DNA of 64,000 nt from a candidate division FCPU426 bacterium (GCA_963796105.1 CAWCKJ010000004.1:96001-160000), one strand, 5' to 3'; positions 10,855-21,337 are shown, counted from the first letter of the stretch. The notes: generated by a model not told the origin, from the letters alone. Numbers and translations are program-made.

Positions 10855-11867
10855 AGAGACGGCCGGAAGTCCAAATAGCTCGAGCCATCACAATCATTTT
10901 AATAACTACCAGTTTTTTAACAATTGGTTGTTCCAGCGGAAAGAAAGGCAAAGGAGGGGGTTTCCGTGCTGTTCCAGTGGTCAAGGATGACCTTCAGATC
11001 ACGGTTCTATCCACGGGCAACGTGCAACCCCAAAACCAGTTAGCCGTTTATTCACCGATCGCCGGGCGCATTGAGAAAATCCTTGTCTTGGAAGGAGACA
11101 ACGTTCGCAAGGGACAAAAGCTGATGGAGTTGAGTTCCACTGAAAGAGCAACCCTCTTGGATGAGGCCGCTGCCCAGGGCCCAGACCAGTTGGCCCATTG
11201 GCAAAAGTTGTACCAGGAAACACCCCTGCTTTCCCCCGAAACGGGACAAATCATATACTTGCCAACTGTGCCGGGCCAAATTGTGGGAACAAGCGTCACC
11301 CTTATGGTCATGTCCGATCATTTGATCGTCAACACCCAGGTGGACGAAACCGACCTAGCCCAGATCAAGATGGGCCAGGAAGCAACCATCACCCTGGATG
11401 CCTATCCCAGTGATCCCATTGAGGGAAAAGTCCGTCGGATTTCCTACCAATCCACCCTCGTCAACAACGTCACCACTTACGAGGTTGATGTCTGGCCGGC
11501 GAAGGTTCCTCCCTTTATGCGAAGCGGAATGACGGCCAACGTGGTCTTCAACGTCAACGAAAAAGATGACATTCTCCTGATCCCCTCGGAGGCTATTCAG
11601 CAAACACCTGACGGCCAGACCTATGTCCTCAAGGGAACCGGCAAACCCAACAGTTTGCCCCAAACCGTGATGATCCAAACCGGCTTGACCGACGGCAAAC
11701 AAACCGAGGTCACCTCCGGTCTGCAGGAAGGCGACAAAGTCCTTATTAAATCCTTCTCGGCGGGTCTCGTGGCGGCCCCGACCGCCGGGACCAATCCCTT
11801 CATGCCCAACGTGCGGGGCGGGGCTACCAGACCCAGCGGCGGCGGGGGTGGCGGAGGCAGCAGATAA
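10851..11867 (+). CDS. MacA-like periplasmic adaptor (MFP), putative lipoprotein
   Basis: LTIGC lipobox; lipoyl halves SPIAGRIEKILV.EG..V.KGQ; VDETDL..IK.GQ; RSGMTANV; TGLTDG..TEV.SGL.EGD.V. Confidence 0.88.
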   Translation: MKRRPEVQIARAITIILITTSFLTIGCSSGKKGKGGGFRAVPVVKDDLQITVLSTGNVQPQNQLAVYSPIAGRIEKILVLEGDNVRKGQKLMELSSTERATLLDEAAAQGPDQLAHWQKLYQETPLLSPETGQIIYLPTVPGQIVGTSVTLMVMSDHLIVNTQVDETDLAQIKMGQEATITLDAYPSDPIEGKVRRISYQSTLVNNVTTYEVDVWPAKVPPFMRSGMTANVVFNVNEKDDILLIPSEAIQQTPDGQTYVLKGTGKPNSLPQTVMIQTGLTDGKQTEVTSGLQEGDKVLIKSFSAGLVAAPTAGTNPFMPNVRGGATRPSGGGGGGGSR

Positions 11868-11973
11868 CTTGAAGACTGTTCGCGAGTGATTGTTCGCCGG
11901 TTATTTTTCAGATTTTTCAATACATTACTTTCAATCGTGTGCTGTCACCTGTGAACTGATTTAGGAGAAGATA

Positions 11974-13950
11974 TTGAGCGTCATCGAAATCACGGACATC
12001 CACAAGGTCTATAAAATGGGCGACACGGAAGTGCGCGCCCTCAACGGGGTTTCTTTACGGGTAGAACCGGGAGAGTTTCTGGCCATCATGGGACCGTCTG
12101 GTTCCGGCAAGTCCACCATGCTCCAAATCCTGGGGCTTCTGGACACACCCGACTCCGGTTCCTACAAGCTCCTGGGGCGGGAAGTTTCCACACTAAAGGA
12201 GGATGAGTTGGCCGCAGTCCGAAGCCAGACCCTGGGCTTCATTTTCCAGATGTTCAACCTCCTGGCCCGCACTCCAGCCCTGGAAAACGCCTCTCTTCCC
12301 CTTTTATATGCCAACCCCGACGCCCCTCATGGAGACCCTAAACAAATCCTGAGGGAAGTGGGCCTGGGCGACCGGGAACATCATAAGCCCAACGAGCTCT
12401 CCGGGGGCCAGCAACAGCGTGTGGCCATCGCGAGAGCATTGGTAAATAAGCCCCGTTTGATCCTTGCCGATGAGCCCACCGGAAACCTGGATTCCAAAAG
12501 TTCAGAGGAAATCATCCAGCTTCTCGAGAAAATGAATGAAAGCGGTATCACTGTTGTGATGGTCACCCACGAGCCCGACATCGCCGAGCACGCCCGGCGG
12601 ATCATCCACATGAAGGATGGAAAAATCCAATCGGATGAAATCAACCCCCGTTCCAAGGCTATTGCTCCCTCGATGTTAAAAACGGAAATTTCACAGGATC
12701 AATTCCAATTTCATTCAACTTTCAACCTCCGGCAGGTTCGCGAGTATTTCAGCCAAGCACTCCGGGCCCTCATGGCCAACAAGGTGCGTTCAAGCCTGTC
12801 TGTTCTGGGCATTCTCATCGGGGTCGGTGCGGTCATCGCCATGTTGGCTGTGGGAGCGGGCGCTCAGAAATCCCTCGAACAAAGACTGGCCTCCCTGGGA
12901 ACCAACCTCCTAATGCTCCGGCCGGGCTCCATAGCCGTGGGAGGGGTCCAACAAGGCTTGGGCGGCACCAGCCGCATTACCCTTCAAGACGCCGAGGCGG
13001 TTGCCAAAGTGCCCATGGTGAGCAAAATCGCCCCTGAAATCTCGGGCCGAGTCCAGGCCACTTACGCCGACAAGAATTGGAACACCCAAGTGACGGGAAC
13101 CACCCCCAACTACGCTCCCATGCGCGCCGCTGTTCCGATTTACGGACGCTTTATCACCAAAGACGATGTTCAAAAACGCAACCGGGTCTGCCTGCTGGGC
13201 CTGACTGTCATCCAGAAGCTTTTCGGGGACAATGCCAGCCCTATTGGTGAATTGATCAAGATCAACCGGGTAAGTTTCCAGGTTATCGGGGTTTTGCCCG
13301 TGAAGGGCTCCAATGGTTTCCAGGACCAGGATGACACCATCGTGGTTCCAGTCACCACAGCCATGTACCGGCTTTTCGGCAAGACGTACGTGAACATGGT
13401 GGATATCGAGGCGGACAGCCCACAGGACACCGGCCCCGCCTGCGACGCCGTTCAAGCCTTCATGATGAAGCTCAAGCATATCCCCAATCTGCCGACCAAT
13501 CAGGACGCCTTCCAGGTAAGGAACATGGCCGACATCCAATCGGCTTTGAGCGCCTCAACCCAGATCATGACGGTTCTTTTATCCTGCATCGCCGCCATTT
13601 CCCTTTTGGTGGGCGGTATCGGCATCATGAACATCATGCTGGTGTCCGTGACTGAACGTACCCGGGAAATCGGCCTGCGCAAAGCCATCGGCGCTAGGCG
13701 GCTGGACATCCTCTCCCAATTCCTCATTGAATCTGTGGCAGTCAGTTTGATGGGGGGAATCATTGGCATCATATTGGGCTGGTTTACCACCATCATGATT
13801 TCGCATTTCGCGGGCTGGGCCACTATCGTAAGCGTCAATTCCATTATTTTAGCTTCCGGATTCTCGATCCTCGTGGGAATGGTTTTCGGTATCTGGCCGG
13901 CCTATAAAGCTTCCCGCTTGAGCCCCATTCTGGCCCTGAGATACGAATAG
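11974..13950 (+). CDS. macB: MacB-family ABC transporter (ATPase + FtsX permease)
   Basis: GPSGSGKST, LSGGQQQRVAIARAL, ADEPTGNLD, LGI.IGV, GGIGIMNIMLVSVTERTREIG; TTG start with AGGAG RBS. Confidence 0.92.
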   Translation: MSVIEITDIHKVYKMGDTEVRALNGVSLRVEPGEFLAIMGPSGSGKSTMLQILGLLDTPDSGSYKLLGREVSTLKEDELAAVRSQTLGFIFQMFNLLARTPALENASLPLLYANPDAPHGDPKQILREVGLGDREHHKPNELSGGQQQRVAIARALVNKPRLILADEPTGNLDSKSSEEIIQLLEKMNESGITVVMVTHEPDIAEHARRIIHMKDGKIQSDEINPRSKAIAPSMLKTEISQDQFQFHSTFNLRQVREYFSQALRALMANKVRSSLSVLGILIGVGAVIAMLAVGAGAQKSLEQRLASLGTNLLMLRPGSIAVGGVQQGLGGTSRITLQDAEAVAKVPMVSKIAPEISGRVQATYADKNWNTQVTGTTPNYAPMRAAVPIYGRFITKDDVQKRNRVCLLGLTVIQKLFGDNASPIGELIKINRVSFQVIGVLPVKGSNGFQDQDDTIVVPVTTAMYRLFGKTYVNMVDIEADSPQDTGPACDAVQAFMMKLKHIPNLPTNQDAFQVRNMADIQSALSASTQIMTVLLSCIAAISLLVGGIGIMNIMLVSVTERTREIGLRKAIGARRLDILSQFLIESVAVSLMGGIIGIILGWFTTIMISHFAGWATIVSVNSIILASGFSILVGMVFGIWPAYKASRLSPILALRYE

Positions 13951-14043
13951 CATCTTTTTTAGGGGTGGTTTTTCTTCTTCTCCACCTCAGAAAATCCGGC
14001 GTCATGTATAATTTGCTGACTTTATGCTGAAAGGGCTCGAAAC

Positions 14044-14991
14044 ATGAAAAAAAGGTTTTTCTGGATCGGGTTGTTGATTTTTCTAGCGGTCCTGTCAACT
14101 TGCCTATATTTCATGTTCCGGACGAAAAGCACCCCGGTAGCCTACCACTCCGTCCAGGTCGCGAAAGGAGATCTCCGGGCCACAGTCCTTTCCACGGGAG
14201 TAGTTCAGCCTGAAAACCGACTGGAAATAAAGCCCCCTGTCTCGGGACGCATTGAAAAGGTTTTCGTGAAGGAAGGACAAAACCTCGAAAAGAACCAGGT
14301 GCTGGCCCGCATGAGCGGTGGTGAGCGGGCCTTATTGCTGGACGCGGCCCGGACCCAGGGCCCTGCTTCCGTGGCCTATTGGTCCTCTTTCTACAAGCCC
14401 ATCCCTATCCTGGCCCCGCTGGATGGCGTTCTCATCAAAAGAAACATCCAACCTGGCCAAACCGTGGGAACAGGGGACACACTGCTGGTCATGTCCGACC
14501 ACCTTATCGTGAGTGCCCAAGTGGACGAAACGGACTTGGCTCGCATCAAGGTGGGCCAAGAAGCCAACATCACGCTGGACGCCTATCCTGGCCAGGCGGT
14601 GGAGGCGACCGTGGACCAGATCGCCTTCGAGGCCCAGACCGTGAACAACGTAACGGTTTACAACGTCGATGTCCTGCCTAAAAAGGTTCCGGATTTCATG
14701 CGAAGCGGCATGACCGCAAATGCCGCTTTCATCATTGCCAAGAGGAAGGGCGTCCCTGTTTTGCCTTTCGAGGCTATCAGCCATGAGAACGGCAAAGCTT
14801 TCGTGCTGATCGCCGACCCGACCCATCCAAATAAGCCCCTGAAAAAGGAAATCACCACCGGCATCACGGACGGTCAAAAAGTTGAGGTGCTGGATGGCTT
14901 GAAGGAAGGCGACACGGTCCAGGTTGCCGAGGGTTCTATCGGGGGCGGGCCCAACCCTGTCCCGCCTTGGGAACGGAAAACAGCGAAGTAA
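14044..14991 (+). CDS. Second MacA-like periplasmic adaptor
   Basis: N-terminal TM anchor; same motifs as 10851-11867 (VDETDL, RSGMTAN, TGITDG). Confidence 0.88.
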   Translation: MKKRFFWIGLLIFLAVLSTCLYFMFRTKSTPVAYHSVQVAKGDLRATVLSTGVVQPENRLEIKPPVSGRIEKVFVKEGQNLEKNQVLARMSGGERALLLDAARTQGPASVAYWSSFYKPIPILAPLDGVLIKRNIQPGQTVGTGDTLLVMSDHLIVSAQVDETDLARIKVGQEANITLDAYPGQAVEATVDQIAFEAQTVNNVTVYNVDVLPKKVPDFMRSGMTANAAFIIAKRKGVPVLPFEAISHENGKAFVLIADPTHPNKPLKKEITTGITDGQKVEVLDGLKEGDTVQVAEGSIGGGPNPVPPWERKTAK

Positions 14992-15018
14992 AATCCCAAG
15001 AGGTCATCTCAAAACCTA

Positions 15019-15188
15019 TTTCACCACAGAGGCACAGCTTAATTCATCAACATCGGTAAGACAGAACGGCATTGCGAATGTCATTTCTTCATTGTTTTAA
15101 AAGCAAATTAAAAATGCGGGCATCTCAAAAAGAAACTTAATTATTAACCAATATTGCTTTAGCTGCGTCTCCGTGTCCCTGTGGTAAA
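15019..15188. repeat. Short inverted-repeat element with AT-rich core (MITE/REP-like)
   Basis: Left TTCACCACAGAGGCACAG pairs imperfectly with right CCGTGTCCCTGTGGTAAA; lies between macA2 and macB2. Confidence 0.6.
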
Positions 15189-15212
15189 ACTTGTTCTACG
15201 GAAACTGGTTCA

Positions 15213-17183
15213 ATGATCGAAATTTCCAACCTCTCGAAAGTTTACAAAATGGGCCAGGAGGAAGTCCGAGCCCTGGATGATGTTTCCCTTTCCATAGGGG
15301 AAGGCGAATTCGTGGCTATCATGGGCTTGTCCGGCTCTGGCAAGTCCACCCTTCTTCATATATTAGGCCTTCTCGACACCCCGGATTCAGGCTCCTACCG
15401 ATTGATGGGCAAGGAAGTCGCCAATTTGAGCGAGGATGACCTTGCCTCCATCCGCAGCCAGACAATCGGTTTCGTTTTCCAACAATTCAACCTTCTGTCC
15501 CGGACCACTGCGTTGGAAAACGCCTCCCTACCCCAACTGTACGCTTCCAGCTCATTAAGCCCGGAGCGCCCGCGGAACTTGTTAGCAGAGGTGGGTTTGG
15601 GGGCCCGAACCGTCCACAAGCCCAACGAGCTTTCAGGGGGCCAGCAGCAGCGCGTGGCCATCGCGCGGGCACTGGTCAACAATCCGGTTATGATCCTGGC
15701 CGATGAGCCCACTGGGAACTTGGACACGAAAAGTTCCTTTGAAATCCTGGACCTCCTGCAAAAACTGAACCGCGAGGGCATCACGGTCATCCTGGTGACA
15801 CATGAAACCACCATCGCCCAACACGCCAGCCGCGTCATCCACATCAAGGACGGACGCATTGACTCGGATGAAAGACTTAAACCGCAAATGCCCGCCTCCT
15901 CCCCAAAGGCGGCCACCGATCGGGGAGTTTCAATCGATTCCGTTCAGCCTTCCGGACTGAATCTGGTTAAGTATTTCAAGTTCTTCCTCCAGGCCCTACG
16001 TTCCCTTCGGTCCAATAAACTTCGGACGGCCCTTTCGGTATTGGGGGTCCTCATCGGTGTCATGGTGGTGATCGCCATGATGGCGATGGGCGCCGGGGCT
16101 AAGATTTCTCTCCAAAGGGCCATAGCCACTCTGGGCGCCAACGTAATCCAAATCCAGCCTGGCACGCGCAATATCCGCGGGGTTTCCCTGGGTTGGTGGG
16201 ACCCCATGACACGCCTAACCCTGGCGGATTGCCAGGAAGCGGGCCGTTCTATTTCTTACGTCAAAAGCACCGCTCCCGAGGTCTGGGGAAAGGTGCAGGT
16301 TACCTATGGGGACAAGAACTGGAACACCTATTTGATCGGCACAACCCCCGCTTTCGCTCCCATGAAAGCCTCGGAACCTACGGCCGGGAATTTTTTCACG
16401 GAGGACGACATCCTGCAAAGGAACAAGGTCGCCCTCCTGGGCATGACGAACGTGCGCCAGCTTTTCGGCAAGGAAAACCCCATCGGCGCCAACATCAAAA
16501 TCAACAAGATCAACTTCCAGGTCATCGGGGTGCTCCCGGAAAAAGGCGCCAACGCTTGGTGGGACTCGGATGACAACATCCTGGTGCCGGTCTCCACCGC
16601 CATGTACCGCGTGCTGGGCCAACAGTTCATCGGCGTCATCGATGTGGAGGTGGACGCGCCGGAACACATCCCGGCGGTCAAGGACTCCGCGAAAGATTTG
16701 ATGCTCCAGCGACACCACATTCCCTCCACCCAGGACAAGGCCTTCCGGATCAACGACATGGCGGACTACCAGAACGCCATGTCCCAGGGCAACACCACCC
16801 TTTCCATCCTGATCCTGGGGATCGCGTTTTTCTGCCTCCTGGTGGGCGGCATCGGCATCATGAACATCATGCTGGTAACAGTCACGGAAAGAACCCGTGA
16901 AATCGGCCTGCGCAAGGCTGTGGGGGCAAAGCGAAGGGACATCTTGTTCCAATTCCTCATCGAATCCGTGGTGGTAAGCCTCATAGGAGGAGTGATCGGT
17001 ATCCTTTTGGGTTGGCTCGCGGCGGCCCTATTCAGCCAAATCGTCGATTGGCAAGCGCCCGTAACGATCGGAGCGATACTCCTGGGGTTCTTTTTTTCGG
17101 TGGGAGTGGGGGTTGCGGCCGGCTTCTGGCCGGCATTCAAGGCCTCCCGTTTGAACCCGATTGATGCCCTCCGTTACGAATAG
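15213..17183 (+). CDS. macB: Second MacB-family ABC transporter
   Basis: GLSGSGKST, LSGGQQQR, DEPTGNLD, GGIGIMNIMLV.VTERTREIG, C-terminal PIDALRYE. Confidence 0.92.
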   Translation: MIEISNLSKVYKMGQEEVRALDDVSLSIGEGEFVAIMGLSGSGKSTLLHILGLLDTPDSGSYRLMGKEVANLSEDDLASIRSQTIGFVFQQFNLLSRTTALENASLPQLYASSSLSPERPRNLLAEVGLGARTVHKPNELSGGQQQRVAIARALVNNPVMILADEPTGNLDTKSSFEILDLLQKLNREGITVILVTHETTIAQHASRVIHIKDGRIDSDERLKPQMPASSPKAATDRGVSIDSVQPSGLNLVKYFKFFLQALRSLRSNKLRTALSVLGVLIGVMVVIAMMAMGAGAKISLQRAIATLGANVIQIQPGTRNIRGVSLGWWDPMTRLTLADCQEAGRSISYVKSTAPEVWGKVQVTYGDKNWNTYLIGTTPAFAPMKASEPTAGNFFTEDDILQRNKVALLGMTNVRQLFGKENPIGANIKINKINFQVIGVLPEKGANAWWDSDDNILVPVSTAMYRVLGQQFIGVIDVEVDAPEHIPAVKDSAKDLMLQRHHIPSTQDKAFRINDMADYQNAMSQGNTTLSILILGIAFFCLLVGGIGIMNIMLVTVTERTREIGLRKAVGAKRRDILFQFLIESVVVSLIGGVIGILLGWLAAALFSQIVDWQAPVTIGAILLGFFFSVGVGVAAGFWPAFKASRLNPIDALRYE

Positions 17184-17299
17184 CTTTTCCTCAACTTTGA
17201 TCGGATTTTCCCCTTCTTCCTTCTCTGGAAATCGGTATATTAACGTTTGCTTTTTCAACAAAGACTGGCTGCTGACAATTCTTCAGCCAAAGGAACCTT

Positions 17300-19123
17300 G
17301 TGAGATTCCCAAAATTAGGTTTGTTAACCCTTAAACTGCTATTGGTGGTTTTACTGCCAGTGGCGGCTTATCTTTGGTCAACCCAGGATATCCTTAAAAA
17401 ACAAATTCAGACTGTCGTAACTAACGACCCAGAAATCACCCTTTCCCGCGGCCTCTCCACCGTCAAACTTGCCCTTAATCAATTTCAATCTGAAGTGCTC
17501 ATCAGGACTACTCGGTTGGCTGGCAAGGATAAACTGCGACAGTTGATGACCGCGAAGAAAATAAAAATCTCCAAAATTTCTTCATTTTTGGCCGGTTCCA
17601 CGAACCCTGAAACCGCTCCCCTGCTCGTCCTAGCCGAGCCGGATGGATCGGCCCTTTATAACAGCCTCGCGACACCTACCCCAACAGTCGAAGTCCAACT
17701 CACTCCCACCTCAACCTCCACCCCCATTTCCAAAAAGAAAAAATCAAAGAAATCCTCAAAATCATCCAAAAAAATCTCCACGATTCCAACTCCGCCTCTT
17801 CCATCGGTCAATGACGTTCCAGGCATCGATGAAGCGCTCCATGGGGCCCCGACCACCGGCATCCTTCCTTTCCAGGATAAGTTTTATTTCGCGGCCGCGG
17901 TTCCCATCCCCCTTTCGTCCCGGAAAACAGGCGCCTTAATGATCGGAGTCCCCTTTGACAGTCAGACAGCCGAAGACTTGAAGAAATCCATTCAAAACGA
18001 CCTGGTTTTTTATTCCCAAGGAAAGATCCGCTTTTCCACCTTAGCCGCGGCCGTTGAGAGTGAAATCGGAAAAGGCTTAACCGAATCAGGATGGCAGGAA
18101 ACCGAAGCGCCGCCCTCCCAACCCCTGACTTTCAACCAGACGCCTTGCGCTTGGAACGCCATTCCGGTGATGGACATACGCCATCAAGTCTTGGGTTCAA
18201 TCCTGATCTTCCAACCGCTCCAGCGAAAAACCACGGTGGTGGGCGATCCCCAAAGACTGATCCTGAAATGGGGTTTGATCCTTCTTCTCTTTCTTTTCGC
18301 ATTAGTATCCCTTTTAGGCCGGGACATCATCCGGATCTTGGGCGATTTGGGGGAGGCTGCCGGGAAAATCAGGGACGGCGATCCTGAACCCTCCCTACCC
18401 GTCAGAAGAATGGATGAGCTCGGGGACTTGGCCCGCTCCATGGGGGATATGGCCGAGGGCTTGAGGGAAAAGGACCGGATCTCGCTGGTGTTAGGCAAAG
18501 TAGTTTCACCCCAGGCGGCCAAAAAAATCCTGGCCGAGAAGGATTACTTCGCGCTCAAGGGCGAAAGGCGGGAGTGTACCTTGATGCAGGCTGATCTCAG
18601 GGGATTCCAGGTCCTGTCCGTGAATATGAACCCCGAAGCGCTGGTGGATTCTTTGAACCAGTATTTCCAGATCATCAACCAGGTAGTTTTCAAGTACGAG
18701 GGCATGTTGGATAGGTTCTCCGGAGGAACAGCCCTCGCGGTTTGGGGCGCGCCTTTTACTCACGAGGATAAGGAATGGAGGGCTGTTCAAAGCGCCCTGG
18801 AAATACAGGAGTCACTGCGGGAATTCAACATTTCCCGAATTCAGAAGAACCAGCCGCCTTTTAACCTTGTGATCGGAATCCATACGGGAACCGTGGTGAC
18901 TGGGAATCTGGGATCGGAACAGCACTGTGATTACAGCGTCATCGGAGAACCCCTTCAGGTGGCTTCCCGTCTTTGTTCCATGGCCTCCCCCAACCAAATT
19001 CTCGCGACTGAGGAAACTTACCAGAAAATCAAAACCCAGGTATCTGCCAATTCTTTGAAACCTATGGCCGTACAGGATTCCAACGATTCACTTCAAACCT
19101 ATGAAATCGTAAAGTTGATTTAA
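17300..19123 (+). CDS. Membrane sensor - HAMP - class III adenylate/guanylate cyclase (degenerate active site)
   Basis: Two TM segments, HAMP (DELGDLARS), ADLRGF, IGIHTGTVVTGNLGS..DYSVIG, ASRL; several catalytic residues are substituted. Confidence 0.85.
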   Translation: MRFPKLGLLTLKLLLVVLLPVAAYLWSTQDILKKQIQTVVTNDPEITLSRGLSTVKLALNQFQSEVLIRTTRLAGKDKLRQLMTAKKIKISKISSFLAGSTNPETAPLLVLAEPDGSALYNSLATPTPTVEVQLTPTSTSTPISKKKKSKKSSKSSKKISTIPTPPLPSVNDVPGIDEALHGAPTTGILPFQDKFYFAAAVPIPLSSRKTGALMIGVPFDSQTAEDLKKSIQNDLVFYSQGKIRFSTLAAAVESEIGKGLTESGWQETEAPPSQPLTFNQTPCAWNAIPVMDIRHQVLGSILIFQPLQRKTTVVGDPQRLILKWGLILLLFLFALVSLLGRDIIRILGDLGEAAGKIRDGDPEPSLPVRRMDELGDLARSMGDMAEGLREKDRISLVLGKVVSPQAAKKILAEKDYFALKGERRECTLMQADLRGFQVLSVNMNPEALVDSLNQYFQIINQVVFKYEGMLDRFSGGTALAVWGAPFTHEDKEWRAVQSALEIQESLREFNISRIQKNQPPFNLVIGIHTGTVVTGNLGSEQHCDYSVIGEPLQVASRLCSMASPNQILATEETYQKIKTQVSANSLKPMAVQDSNDSLQTYEIVKLI

Positions 19124-19174
19124 AGAATTTCAATATTTTCCATCTGTCTTCATTTCCCAAACTCAAAAGGATTC

Positions 19175-20248
19175 ATGAAAAAAACCAATAACAAATCCAA
19201 TCATCCGGCTGAACTTCAAAAAGCTTTGCTCAAATGGTTCGATCGCAACCAGCGGGACCTTCCCTGGCGGAAAACCAAGGACCCCTACTCGGTCTTTGTC
19301 TCTGAAATGATGCTGCAACAAACCCAGGTCAAAACGGTCATCCCCTATTACGAAAGATTCATGAGGGAACTCCCGGACTGGACGTCGCTCGCTGTGGCCC
19401 CTGAGGAAAAAGTCCTCAAGCTTTGGGAAGGTTTGGGTTATTACCGAAGGGCCCGGAACCTGAGGCTGGCGGCCCAAATGATCGCGAGGGATTTTAAAGG
19501 GAAATTGCCCGATCAACTCGATCAAATCCGAATCCTTCCCGGTGTAGGCCCTTACAGCGCCGGGGCTATCCTTTCCATCGCCTTTCAAAAACCCATACCC
19601 CTTGTGGATGGAAACGTGAAACGGGTTTTCTCGAGACTGTTTCTTCTCAAAGGCAGCCTTAAGTCCGGAATCGGACGGGAAAATGTCTGGAAACTGGCCC
19701 AATCCCTGGTACCGGCCAAACAACCGGGGGATTACAACCAGGCCCTCATGGAACTCGGGGCCACCACCTGCCTTCCGGAAAATCCCTTGTGCTTGTTATG
19801 CCCTTTGAATTTCCTCTGCCAAGCCGCCCAGAAGGGCCTCCAAAACAAGTTCCCCGAGACAACCCCCGCCCCGGAAATAGTTGAGGTTTTCATGTCCGCG
19901 CTATTGATTCGGAATAAAAACAAGTTTCTGCTGCGAAAAAGACCGGAAAAGGAAAAATGGCTGAAAGGGCTCTGGGAATTCCCCAGCGCGGAGGGAGTTA
20001 CCTTTGAGGAAGCCCTTCGAAAATCAGAAAGGCTATTGAAGATCAAGGCATGGCGAAAGGAACTTCAGGAAGTCCGGCACCAGATTACAAACCACAGGAT
20101 CCGGTTGAAGTTTTTTCAAGCTCCCGTCCCCAAAACTGGAAAATTACCAGTAGGATTCAAGTGGGTATCGATGGAAGGGTTGGCTAAACTGCCTTTTTCC
20201 AGCGCCCAGGGAAAATTGAGAAAATGGGTCCAAAAACCTGCTGTGTGA
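19175..20248 (+). CDS. mutY: A/G-specific adenine glycosylase
   Basis: RDLPWR, SEMMLQQTQV, WEGLGYY.RA, HhH LPGVGPYSA, VDGNV.RV, Fe-S motif C-X6-C-X2-C-X5-C, C-terminal GLWEFP. Confidence 0.96.
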   Translation: MKKTNNKSNHPAELQKALLKWFDRNQRDLPWRKTKDPYSVFVSEMMLQQTQVKTVIPYYERFMRELPDWTSLAVAPEEKVLKLWEGLGYYRRARNLRLAAQMIARDFKGKLPDQLDQIRILPGVGPYSAGAILSIAFQKPIPLVDGNVKRVFSRLFLLKGSLKSGIGRENVWKLAQSLVPAKQPGDYNQALMELGATTCLPENPLCLLCPLNFLCQAAQKGLQNKFPETTPAPEIVEVFMSALLIRNKNKFLLRKRPEKEKWLKGLWEFPSAEGVTFEEALRKSERLLKIKAWRKELQEVRHQITNHRIRLKFFQAPVPKTGKLPVGFKWVSMEGLAKLPFSSAQGKLRKWVQKPAV

Positions 20249-20283
20249 TTTGTAAAGGCCAGTCCCTAACCAAAGTTCCAAGC

Positions 20284-20550
20284 TTATTCAGACTCGCCAA
20301 ATTTGGCTTTGGCCAATCCTTGAATAGCCTTGATCGCTTGTTCCGCGCTCGTGCCATCGGCCTCGATTTCAAGTTCAGTCCCCTCAGGCGCAGCCAGGTT
20401 GAGAAGCTCGAAGATGCTGTTGGCGTTGGCTGATTTCTCTTTGTTCTTAACCAGGATGGGACAGTCATAGGCTTTAGCCATCAGAACCAGCCGGACAGCC
20501 GCCCGGAGATGCAATCCATGCTTATTTTTAACCACGATTGTGCTCGTCAT
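20284..20550 (-). CDS. ptsH: HPr phosphocarrier protein
   Basis: N..GLHLRAA (His15 equivalent) and ANANSIFELL (Ser46 equivalent); 88 aa. Confidence 0.9.
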   Translation of the reverse strand: MTSTIVVKNKHGLHLRAAVRLVLMAKAYDCPILVKNKEKSANANSIFELLNLAAPEGTELEIEADGTSAEQAIKAIQGLAKAKFGESE

Positions 20551-20693
20551 AAAAACTCCCCCTTAGTCGCCTATGGAGTTTGGACGGGTCAGGAAGGAAA
20601 AGCTACCGAGAGAGGGGAAAATTAACAGTTTCGAAACACGATAAATGGGCCTAGCAATTACAAAATTATGTCTGCTGTCTTTCCTTCCATATA

Positions 20694-21227
20694 CTACTCT
20701 TCCAACAGGTCAAATTCCCCAAAAACCACGTTGAGGTTCAAGGTCAGGCAGGGCTTTCCTTCCTGGTAGGCCTTGTTCTTGTAAAGGTAGGTTCCGACCG
20801 CGGCGGTGTTGCCGTCGGGAAGTTTGGCGTTCCCGAAGGCCGCGTTAGCCCGCACTAGGGTGGGAATATCTTTCTTGATCTTGACGGTGGAACTTCCAAA
20901 AACTGTGTTGGCCGCCACAGTCATGTCCTGGCCCTTGAAAGGCACGCCCGTCAGGTCGATGACTCCCTTTCCAAAAACCACGTTATATTCCCCATCCTTG
21001 GCCGCGGCCTGCACATTGCGGCAGTGGAAAAACACGTTGGGCCCCGCCTGCTCCTTATGAAATCCGCCAAAGATGATCTTGACGCCCAGGTAGATGAGAA
21101 ACAGGGCGAAAAAAATCCGGATGACTGGAATATCGATATTGAGGGTGTATTTTAAGATCAAGGAAATCCCAAAGAGAATTAACAAAGCCCCCCAGACGAT
21201 GCCTGAAAAAAAGATTCCCATTTTCAT
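20694..21227 (-). CDS. LiaF-like membrane protein
   Basis: WG..LI..G TM pair, then repeated VFG / IDLT beta motifs; GGAGG RBS before ATG 21227. Confidence 0.65.
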   Translation of the reverse strand: MKMGIFFSGIVWGALLILFGISLILKYTLNIDIPVIRIFFALFLIYLGVKIIFGGFHKEQAGPNVFFHCRNVQAAAKDGEYNVVFGKGVIDLTGVPFKGQDMTVAANTVFGSSTVKIKKDIPTLVRANAAFGNAKLPDGNTAAVGTYLYKNKAYQEGKPCLTLNLNVVFGEFDLLEE

Positions 21228-21337
21228 TTCTCCTCCTAATGCCGTAGTCCTCGATCGGTTATTATTCCCGCGGAAATAGGTATAAACCATGACTCCCATC
21301 ATACCTTCGTATATTTACACTGCTGTTTCTTTCGTTC

